A stretch of DNA of 64,000 bases from an uncultured Chloroflexia bacterium (GTDB taxonomy: Bacteria > Chloroflexota > Anaerolineae > JAAYZQ01): NCBI GenBank assembly GCA_963700285.1, contig CAVOXA010000014.1, forward strand, positions 576,001 through 640,000, read 5' to 3'. Each line of letters opens with the position of its first letter. The first letter of the stretch is position 1. This document shows, one piece after another, positions 30,795 through 41,111 of the stretch. The translations under genes were made by a program, and so were the position numbers. The notes below the pieces were generated by a model. It was not told where the DNA came from. It saw nothing but the letters and a program-made list of their open reading frames with translations, and did no database searches.

Positions 30795-31937
30795 ATGCCA
30801 GACAGCGTCAGCAGGCCCTCGAAAAAAGAGCCACAGGCCCAGCCTGTGCCCACCACGCAGGGCATCCTGAAACGCGCAAAAAAGGGGGGAGGTGTCCTGA
30901 TCGATCCCGCTCAGCCTTGGGACGAGGTCCGGGTTCCCACCGAGCTTGCGCGAGCGTATGACCTGGTCGAAGGCGCCACCGTCGCCGGGCCATTGCAAGA
31001 GGGCAGACACGGCCCGCAGCTTGCCGGTGTCGAGTCTGTCTGCGGTCTGGCGCCGGAGGATTTTCAGAAGCGCACGCCCTTCCGCCGCCTGGTGGCCATT
31101 GACCCACTGGAGCGATTCCGGCTGGGCGACACGGGCGACCTGAGCATGCGCATCGTCGATCTGGTCGCTCCCATCGGCATGGGTACCCGGGGCCTGATCG
31201 TCTCCCCGCCCAAAGCCGGCAAGACCATGCTCCTGGAAGGGATCGCCCAGGCCGTGCGGGCGACCGTCCCAGAGACGCGTATCATCATCCTGCTCATCGA
31301 CGAGCGACCTGAAGAGGTGACCTTCTTCCGGCGGGCGGTGCCAGGCGCCGAAGTTTTCGCCAGCTCCGCCGACCAGCGGCTGAAGGATCACATTGACCTG
31401 GCCGAACTGATGCTGGCCCACATCCACACCGAGCTGGAATGCGGCCACGATGTGGTCCTCCTCCTGGACAGCCTGACACGCATGACGCGCAGCTTTAACC
31501 TGAGCGGCTCGAGCAGGGGACGAACCCTCTCCGGCGGGCTGGAGGCCGGCGCCGTCGAGATCCCGCGCCGTTTCTTTGGCCTGGCCCGCAATATCGAGGA
31601 TGGCGGCTCGGTGACCATCATCGCCACCGTCTTGATCGATACCGGCTCGCGGCTGGACCAGGTCATCTTTGAGGAGTTCAAAGGCACCGGCAACAGCGAG
31701 ATCGTCCTGGACCGCGCCCTGGCCGACGCGCGCATCTTTCCGGCGATCAACATCACCGCCAGCGGCACGCGCAAGGAGCACCTGCTCTATGATCCCGGCG
31801 AGGGCCAGCGCATCGCCTGGCTGCGCCGCAAGCTGGCCGACCAGAAGCCCCAGGCGGCCCTGGAAGCGATGTTCCGGCTCATGGACAAGTATCCCACCAA
31901 CGAGGAACTGCTGCAAAACATCCCCCTGGGGAGATAG
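30795..31937 (+). CDS. rho: Transcription termination factor Rho, short form (probable paralog)
   Basis: RGLIVSPPKAGKT, LIDERPEEVT, LDSLTR, IFEEFKGTGNSE and SGTRKE motifs; 380 aa with a reduced N-terminus. Confidence 0.9.
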   Translation: MPDSVSRPSKKEPQAQPVPTTQGILKRAKKGGGVLIDPAQPWDEVRVPTELARAYDLVEGATVAGPLQEGRHGPQLAGVESVCGLAPEDFQKRTPFRRLVAIDPLERFRLGDTGDLSMRIVDLVAPIGMGTRGLIVSPPKAGKTMLLEGIAQAVRATVPETRIIILLIDERPEEVTFFRRAVPGAEVFASSADQRLKDHIDLAELMLAHIHTELECGHDVVLLLDSLTRMTRSFNLSGSSRGRTLSGGLEAGAVEIPRRFFGLARNIEDGGSVTIIATVLIDTGSRLDQVIFEEFKGTGNSEIVLDRALADARIFPAINITASGTRKEHLLYDPGEGQRIAWLRRKLADQKPQAALEAMFRLMDKYPTNEELLQNIPLGR

Positions 31938-32001
31938 CCGGCCTCCCCCGGCCGGGCACGAACGAGCCGCTTCACCCACCAGGGCAATCGCATCCCAACC
32001 C

Positions 32002-32044
32002 GTCGTTGCGAGCGAAGGCGCTTCTGCCGAAGCGAAGCAATCCC
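32002..32044. repeat. Half copy of the GTCATTGCGAG/CGAAGCAATCC repeat family
   Basis: GTCGTTGCGAGCGAAG..CGAAGCGAAGCAATCCC resembles 10898-10925. Confidence 0.6.
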
Positions 32045-32170
32045 ACTCTTACACAGGTGGGGATCGATTTTGCGGGATCTTGCGCCTGTGCAAAAAGGGC
32101 GTACCTATGCTATAATGCCGCCGCTTAAGGTACTCGCATCCCAGCAGACAGGAGCGCTCAGCGCAGCACC

Positions 32171-32986
32171 ATGACCCGACCCAGATGGTTCGTCGAACTC
32201 GTCAAGATTCCGTTCCGGCAGCGCTTTTTCTTTGCCGGGATGACCAAGCTGCCGGTCGTCGGCAGTCTCGTCGACCGCATGCTCTTCGATGGGGATGACA
32301 TTCTCTACCTGCCCATGGACAGAGTCATCGAGATCAACGAGGAGATCGACTGGCCGGAGGAAATGGTACTGCCCTCGCAGGTGGTCGAGCATTTCATCGA
32401 GCAGGCCAGCTACCACTGGATCATCGACCATTGCCTGTGCCGCGACGCATCTGACTGCCAGGACTATCCCGTCGAACTGGGCTGCCTCTTCCTGGGCCAG
32501 GCCGCGATGGGCATCAACCCCAAGATCGGCCGCCGGGTAACCAGGGAGGAAGCGCGGGATCACGTCCAGCGCTGCCGCGATGCCGGCCTGGTGCACATGG
32601 TCGGCCGCAACAAGCTGGACACCGTCTGGCTCGGCGTCGGCCCCGGCAACAAGCTGCTCACCGTCTGCAACTGCTGTCCCTGCTGCTGCGTCTGGCGCAT
32701 GCTGCCCAACATCACGCCCCGGATCAGCGCCAAGGTGAACAAGATGCCGGGCGTCAGCGTGGCCGTGACCGGTGACTGCCAGGGCTGCGGGCTGTGCACC
32801 CAGGGCGTCTGCTTTGTCGACGCCATCCACTTAAACGACCATCGCGCCGTGATCAGTGAGGCCTGCCGCGGCTGCGGCCGCTGCGTCACGGTCTGTCCCC
32901 AACAGGCCATCCAGCTTACCATCGAAGACGAACGGTTCGTCCAGAACGCCATCGACCGCATCGGCCCGCTGGTAGACGTCACCTGA
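32171..32986 (+). CDS. 4Fe-4S dicluster protein
   Basis: CLCR, CNCCPCCC, CQGCGLC and CRGCGRCVTVCP motifs; TGCTATAAT promoter element upstream. Confidence 0.88.
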   Translation: MTRPRWFVELVKIPFRQRFFFAGMTKLPVVGSLVDRMLFDGDDILYLPMDRVIEINEEIDWPEEMVLPSQVVEHFIEQASYHWIIDHCLCRDASDCQDYPVELGCLFLGQAAMGINPKIGRRVTREEARDHVQRCRDAGLVHMVGRNKLDTVWLGVGPGNKLLTVCNCCPCCCVWRMLPNITPRISAKVNKMPGVSVAVTGDCQGCGLCTQGVCFVDAIHLNDHRAVISEACRGCGRCVTVCPQQAIQLTIEDERFVQNAIDRIGPLVDVT

Positions 32987-33006
32987 AATAAAAGGAGATG
33001 CGAGTT

Positions 33007-33702
33007 ATGCACAAACCCATCGGCATCATCGGCGGCATGAGCCCCGAGTCCACAGTGGCCTATTATGAGTACATCACCCGCACCTACACCGAGCGCTATG
33101 GCGACTATGGCTACCCCGAGATCCTCATCTACAGCGTCAGCTTTCAGCCCTACGTCGACTGGCCGAGGGCCGATCGATGGGACCTGGTGGCCGCCGGGCT
33201 GAGCGAGGCCGCGCACAAGCTGGAGGCCATGGGCGCCGGCTGCATCCTCATCGCCACCAACACCATGCACATCGTCTTTGACGAGGTGCAGGCCAGCGTG
33301 GACGCGCCCATGATCAGCTTGCTGGACGCCGTTGGGGCAGCCATCCAGGAGCGGGGCCTGAGCAGGGTGGGGCTGCTGGGCACCGAGTTTACGATGGAAA
33401 AACCGTTCTACCGGGACGCCCTGGCGGAGCAGGGCATCGAGGTCCTGGTGCCGGGCGCCGAGGACCGCCGCTTTGTGAACGCGGTCATCTATGACGAGCT
33501 GGTCGCCGGGCAGATCCTGGACGCGTCGCGGGCCGGGTACCTGGCCGTCATCGAGCGGCTGGCCGGGCGCGGCGCTGAGGGCGTCATCCTGGGCTGCACC
33601 GAGATCCCGCTGCTGGTCAGTGAGGCGGATGCCGGGCTGCCGCTCTTTGATACGACGGCGATCCATGCGGAGGCGGCGCTACGCTTTGCGGTGGAGGGGT
33701 AG
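33007..33702 (+). CDS. Aspartate/glutamate racemase family, YgeA-type (Thr/Cys catalytic pair)
   Basis: IGIIGGMSPEST, IATNTMH and ILGCTEIP motifs. Confidence 0.9.
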   Translation: MHKPIGIIGGMSPESTVAYYEYITRTYTERYGDYGYPEILIYSVSFQPYVDWPRADRWDLVAAGLSEAAHKLEAMGAGCILIATNTMHIVFDEVQASVDAPMISLLDAVGAAIQERGLSRVGLLGTEFTMEKPFYRDALAEQGIEVLVPGAEDRRFVNAVIYDELVAGQILDASRAGYLAVIERLAGRGAEGVILGCTEIPLLVSEADAGLPLFDTTAIHAEAALRFAVEG

Positions 33703-33755
33703 GCGGCCCGCCCCAGGCGCATCAGGATATCCCGGCAGAATCCCCGCCCGGCGAT

Positions 33756-33797
33756 CAAAGATCAGAGGACAGGTTGCAGGGTCCAGGGCACAGGGTG
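33756..33797 (-). repeat. Six degenerate heptamers (NNNYYTG) after DGR target B stop
   Basis: CACCCTG TGCCCTG GACCCTG CAACCTG TCCTCTG ATCTTTG. Confidence 0.75.
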
Positions 33798-33798
33798 C

Positions 33799-36033
<2,235 letters not shown>

Positions 36034-36057
36034 GGTGCAGCACCTCCTGGTCGGCGG

Positions 36058-36281
36058 GTGGCCCCGCCCGAACGGTCGCCCGAGTCCCTTCCGGGACGGC
36101 TACTGGCTCAGGCGGGGCCGGTCCTCTTTGGCCGTCCTGACCTCCGGGTCAGGCTGTGATCCTGGGGTCAGGCAGCGACCGGGGCCGCGGTCTGGAGTCC
36201 CCTCAGAAAGGGTGGCGCTGGCCGCTGGTGAGGGATTGCTGGTCACCACCGGCATTCCCCTGGCCATCCTCCCGGCGACTG
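36058..36281 (-). ncRNA. Structured spacer 3' of the TR (probable 3' part of the DGR RNA)
   Basis: Apparently non-coding, with stems CCTGACC/GGTCAGG, GTCCC/GGGAC and GGCCCCGCC/GGCGGGGCC, in the position where the DGR RNA priming spacer lies. Confidence 0.55.
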
Positions 36282-36318
36282 CTGGCGACGCGAAACCCGT
36301 TGTTGTTGTTCCTGTTGT
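36282..36318 (-). repeat. DGR template repeat (TR), 3' 37-bp remnant
   Basis: AC AAC AGG AAC AAC AAC AAC GGG TTT CGC GTC GCC AG, AAC-rich and colinear with both VRs. Confidence 0.9.
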
Positions 36319-36668
36319 GTGGGCGCCCTTGCCCACGCGGCAGGCATAGCTGTCGTGGATCATGCGCGCTTCAAAGATGGGCCAGGTGACCTGCATCAGG
36401 GCGTGATGGACCACCCGGTCGCGGAAGGGCGCGGCAGAAATGCGCCGGGTCTTGGGCTCGCGGATGGTGAAATGGCGATAGGGGCCGGGCTGGTAGGTCT
36501 TTTCTCGCAGCTCCTCGTGCAGCGCCCAGAGGTTCTGCTCCAGGTCCAGCTCAAAGGCGGCCACCGTGGGCCACTTGCGCTTGCCGCCCCGCCGGGCGCG
36601 CCGCCAGGCCAGCCAGAGGTTGTCAAATCGTAGATCTTGGGATAGAGCCCCTTGAATGTCCGGGCCAT
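36319..36668 (-). pseudogene. DGR reverse transcriptase, N-terminal about 117 codons only
   Basis: MARTFKGLYPKIYD(F)DNLWLAWRRARRGGKR..FELDLEQNL..YQPGPYRHFTIREPKTRRISAAPFRDRVVHHAL..IHDSYACRVGKGAH, then an abrupt join to TR. No YxDD motif; one frameshift near 36626; GAGGT RBS. Confidence 0.9.
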
Positions 36669-36704
36669 GCGCTCTCTACCTCAAAAACCGCCAATTCCGA
36701 TCGC

Positions 36705-36724
36705 CTGGGGGGCACGCCCCCCAG
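36705..36724. promoter_or_regulatory. GC hairpin downstream of VR-A (DGR target-recognition-type cruciform)
   Basis: CTGGGGGG-CGTG-CCCCCCAG on the minus strand, about 65 nt past the target stop. Confidence 0.7.
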
Positions 36725-36739
36725 ACCCCCCAGCAGGGC

Positions 36740-36788
36740 CAGGATTCAAAGGACAGGGTACAGAGCGCAGGATACAGGAGACAGGGTG
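36740..36788 (-). repeat. Seven degenerate heptamers (NNNYYTG) after DGR target A stop
   Basis: CACCCTG TCTCCTG TATCCTG CGCTCTG TACCCTG TCCTTTG AATCCTG. Confidence 0.75.
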
Positions 36789-36789
36789 C

Positions 36790-36916
36790 CTATCCGAGGG
36801 GACCCCTGGCGACGCGAAACCCGCCGTTGTCGATCCTGACGTCCGGGTCGTCGCTGAAACGGAACGCGCACCGCACGGAGGAGGCGTCACTGTACCAGGC
36901 ACCGCCGCGCAGGACC
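36790..36916 (-). repeat. DGR variable repeat VR-A
   Basis: GTC AGG ATC GAC AAC GGC GGG TTT CGC GTC GCC AG versus TR; all mismatches at TR adenines. Confidence 0.9.
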
Positions 36917-39900
36917 TTGTACCGTCCCGATCCTGCTCCTCGCGGATCCCGGGCAACGGCATCAGCCGGCGACGGTAGGTATCCTCCGCATACCAATCGC
37001 GGCACCACTCCCAGACGTTGCCGGCCAGGTCCAGCAGCCCCTCGGCGCTGGCGCCGTCGGGAAAGATGCCCACCGGCGTGGTGCCGCTCCAGGCCCAGCT
37101 CCTCGCGTGTTGGCCCTGCCCGCCTGCCACTCGTCGCCCCAGGGGTAGCGGCGGCCCTCCGGCCCCCTGGCGGCCCGCTCCCACTCGGCCTCGGTGGGCA
37201 GGCGGTAGGTCGTGGCCGTCGTCCAGCGCCGCCGTCAGCCAGCGGCAGTAGGCGACGGCCTCGTACCAGGTGACGCCCACCACCGGCTGGTTGGGGCCGT
37301 TGAACCGGTCGTCGTCCCAGTAGGCCGGCCGGTCGCGTACGTCCCCGACCAAGTCCTTGACCGTGCCCTCAGGCAGCCAGACGCCGGCCGCCCTGGCCTC
37401 GGCCCACCAGCGCTCGTCGGCATAGCCGCCGGCCTCCACGAAACAGCGCGAACATGGCGTTGGTCGTCGGGTAGCGGGCCAGGGCAAAGGCGTCCAGCTC
37501 CACCTGGTGCCGCGGCAGCTCGTCTTGTACCAGTCCTTCTCGTCTCGCGCACCAGCCGCTCCACCTCTGCCTCGTCGCTGCCCATCCAGAAGCGGCCGCC
37601 GGGGATGGCGATGAACTCGGGCAGGCACAGTCGGGCCCGTGAAGCGGGGGTCGCCCAGGCGGCCCAGCACGTCGCCGGCCTCGACCCGGGCCGCCACCGA
37701 CGTCGCCGGCGGGTTCCGCCACAGCACCTCGACCAGGCGGCGGGCCAGCTCGTCGCGGGCGCCGGCGTGCCAGCCCACGCGGCGGGGCGGGATCTCGAGC
37801 AGGGCGCGCCCGGCCCAGGCCAGGCCGTAGGCCCGCGGCATCGCCCTCCCCGGGCAGGTCGCCCAGCTCGTCCAGCAGGAAACGCCGCGCCTGCTGCGGC
37901 CACTGCAGCAGGTAGCCGGCGACCAGCAGCAGCACCTCGCGCCACCAGCTCTGGCCCGGCGTGGGCCTGCAGAAATGCGCCCCACTCGGCCGCTGCCGCG
38001 CAGGTTGTCCACCAGGTAGTTGGCGGCCAGGAACTCCTGCACCGTCAGGTGGTCGCCAAAGCTGTAGCCCTCCTCGTGGGCATAGAGCAGGCCGCTGCGC
38101 TCGGCCATCAGCGCCGACAAAGTCGGCCGCCTCGCGCTCGGCGCCTGGCGCTCCTCCAGCCCCAGGTAGTCGGCCATAAAGGGGGCCAGGATGCGCCGCA
38201 CCAGGTCGCGCTCGTCGACCACGACCAGGCCCTGGCGCGCGGCCGCCGTTCCGCTCGCTGCCGCGGCCCCCTGGTGGACCTGGTAGGCGGCGTAGGTCAG
38301 AGGTAGAGGCGGCGGTCCTCCGGCGGGCCAGCGGTCGCTCGCGCAGGCGCTGGGCCGCCTCGGCGCTCTCCTCCTCGTGCAGCCGCTCGCCCAGCAGCAC
38401 GTCCACGTAGGCGTTGTACAGCTCGGCGCGCTGCTCGGGCAGCTCGCGGTCGGCATAGTGGATCAGGGTCGCCGTCCAGACCATCAGCGGCGTCTTGACC
38501 ATCTCTTGCAGCAGCGGCGCGGCGTCGATGCGCGCCAGCAGCAGGCGGGCCGCGCTCGGCGGCCAGCGCCGGGATCCGCCTCCAGCCCGGCGTAGAGGCG
38601 CTTCGACCATCGGCGCCCACTGCTCGCGGGTCAGGTCGCGCACGGTGGCCAGGTGAAAGCGCTCGTCGAGGCGGGTGTTGGCGCCGGCGTAGGCCGCCAC
38701 GCGCGCCGTGACCAGCAGCCGGTTGCCCGGAAAGGCGTCGGCCAGGCCCTCGATGACCTGGCGCATGGCGATGCGGTGGTCGAAGTCGGCCACCTCGTCC
38801 AGGGCGTCCAGCAGCAGCCAGGCCCGTCCCGCGCGCACCAGGCCGCTCGAGAAAGCCGGGCGGCACGCAGTCGCGGGTGCCAGCGCTCAAAGTGGTCGTC
38901 CAGGAAGCGCAGCAGGCCCTCCACGTCGCGGCGGTAGGTCTCCGGCTCGGTCTGGCAGGCGTGCTCGAAGTCGCGCAGGGCGACGATAGACGGGCAGGGG
39001 CAGTCGCCCGGCCCGCTCTCCAGGCCCAGCTCGCGCGCGGGCCAGTCCGGGTCCCGCCTCGGCCAGCACGCTGGCCACCAGGCGCAGCACGGTGCGTCTT
39101 GCCGCAGCCGGCCGCGCCGATCAGGACCAGGTGGCCCGGCGCGGCCAGCACCTCGGCCAGGTCGATGTCGGTGCGGGACAGGTCGCGCTCCACGGCCCCG
39201 AGCTCCGTCTCCTTGCCCCGCAGGCGGCTTTCCAGGTCGGCCCGGCTGAGGTGCAGGTCGAAGCGCAGCGGCACGTAGATGCCGGGCCGGCCCTCGTCCT
39301 CCAGCAGGGAAAAGCCCGGCGGCGCGCCGCGCAGCTCGGAGAGCTGGCGGTAGGGGCGGGTCTCCAGCCGCCCGCACTGGCCGCGCACCACCTCCAGGTA
39401 GGCGGCGACCAGGTCGGGATCCGGCCGGAAAGGGATATCGTCGGCCCCTGTGTCGAGATCAGGCTCAAGCGGGAGCCCGGCCGGAGGTGCCTCGGCCAGA
39501 ATCATGTCGCCCAGTCCCTCCGTGCGGGCCGTGGGTTCCTGAATCAGCCCCCCATGTTCCACGTTCCAGCGACGCAGGCCATCCAGCACGTGGAGCTTGA
39601 GGTCGTCCACGGTGACAAAACCCTTGCCATCACGGTCGGCCGAGCCGCTGAACCCGTCCAGGAGATAGTAGGTAAAGACGCCGTGCTCTTTTTCCTCCCA
39701 CTCCTGGGCAACCTGCTGGGAGGAACTGGCCGCAAGCAGGGCAAAGCCTTCGGCCAATTCGTAGGCGTTGCGGATGAACGCGGGATCGGCCAGGTCCCGG
39801 CCGATCTCAACGCCCGTGTGACAGGCATCGAAGGTGAGCACCAGCCGGCGCGACTTGCTCTGGCGCATTTGCCGCTCAACCCACGACAGCGGCAGGGCCT

Positions 39901-40582
39901 TCTCGGCCAGGGTTGACCTGCGCGTCTCGCGCGTAATCAGTACCGGTACCCCATTCACTGTTTTGCCGTGACAGGAAAAGTGGACCCACAGGAGATCGTC
40001 CGGCCCGGCAACCTGGCAGAGCCGGGCCAGCTCACCCTCCACATTGTCGCGGGTGGGCTGCAGGTGTTCCTCGGCCGCGGCGTCGTGCAGGGCAACGGTG
40101 GTGTAGCCCCGGGCCTGGAGCGCAGCCTCCATGGCCACGACGTCGTTGACACAGAACCGGAGATCAGGAATGGCAGGATCGATGAAATGGTTCACGCCCA
40201 CCAAAAGCGCCCAGCGGGCGCGGATGGGCCCGGCCGGAGTATCAGGCTTTGGCCAAGGAACAGGAGACAGCCGCCGGCCGCCAGGCGGATTTTGCTCCTC
40301 CTGCCCGGTACGGCTGTACAGCGCTGGCTCGAAGCGGGCGTACTGGAGGGGGTTCGCCTCCTTGACATCGGCAAGGAGATCGTCCCAAAGGAGCCGGGTA
40401 CGGCAGTAGTCTATGACCTCGTCGACCATGTCGTCCAGGCCGTGGCCAGGGCCGAATCTAACTACAATGGGTTGGAAGAGTAGACGGTCCTGACAAAACC
40501 GGCGCAGGTCCTGAGGGGTAAAGGCCGCTAGCAATAGCTCTCGGATGGCGCCAACATTGTAGGATGCAGTCTGGTCAGTCAT
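36790..40582 (-). CDS. DGR target A: EAD-like domain + caspase-like peptidase (C14) + NACHT/STAND NTPase + FGE/CLec domain (many frameshifts between 36.9 and 39.1 kb)
   Basis: [22 protein letters not shown] (EAD7-like, inferred); [20 protein letters not shown] (His/Cys dyad); [10 protein letters not shown] and LLLDALDEV (NACHT); [27 protein letters not shown] and VLRGGAW..GFRVA (FGE); GGGAGG RBS. Confidence 0.85.
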
Positions 40583-40738
40583 GGGGCCTCCCACATGCTA
40601 TGACTTTGCGGAGACGATGGGTCTCAACAGCGCCCAGGCTATCGAGTAGAATCGGAATACCACGGGCACCATCGCCACCCCGGTCGTGCCTCTGGCCGGC
40701 GAGAGCCGCGAGGTTTCTCTTTTCGTCAGGCACCCGGA

Positions 40739-40767
40739 ATTATATCATCGCTGATGGGAAAAAGCAA
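40739..40767 (-). promoter_or_regulatory. sigma70-type promoter for the DGR island
   Basis: TTGCTT, 17 nt spacer, TATAAT with extended -10 TG on the minus strand. Confidence 0.7.
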
Positions 40768-40823
40768 GCATCGTGTTGCAAGCCCGTTGGCAGGGGAAGG
40801 AGCGTAGGACTGCTGCAAGGTCA

Positions 40824-40925
40824 TCATCGCGAGCGTCAGCGCCTGTCCCGAGCCTGCCGAGGGAAAGCGATCTCTACCTGTGCCCTGGGGATTGCCACGG
40901 CGCAAACAGCGCGCCTCGCAATGAC
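40824..40925. repeat. REP/RPE-like inverted repeat of the 10.9-kb family with a nested insert
   Basis: TCATCGCGAGCG..[GCCTGTCCCGAGCCTGCCGAGG]..GCGATCTC ... GGGATTGCCACG..CTCGCAATGAC. Confidence 0.7.
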
Positions 40926-41111
40926 AGATCTGGCCGGCAGTGCATGTCGAGGGACAATGCAATAGCCCTGGGTGAACCCGAGAGCAGGGGAAGGAGCATG
41001 GTTCCGCCCTTGCTTGCAGCGCGCTACTATGCTATACTTACCTTCCTGGAATCGGCCAGCTTTGGGCAAGCTGGGAGTTTCCAGGAAGGTGTCAGTAGAG
41101 GAGGCTCAAAG

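Noticed and set aside
36319-36668. Group II intron or retron interpretation of the RT fragment
   Set aside because: Adjacent AAC-rich TR and adenine-specific VRs fit a DGR; no intron domain V/VI or msr-msd structure was recognised
39428-39445. DDIPF motif (SSB C-terminal tail mimic) in the target A linker
   Set aside because: Internal rather than C-terminal; five residues could match by chance
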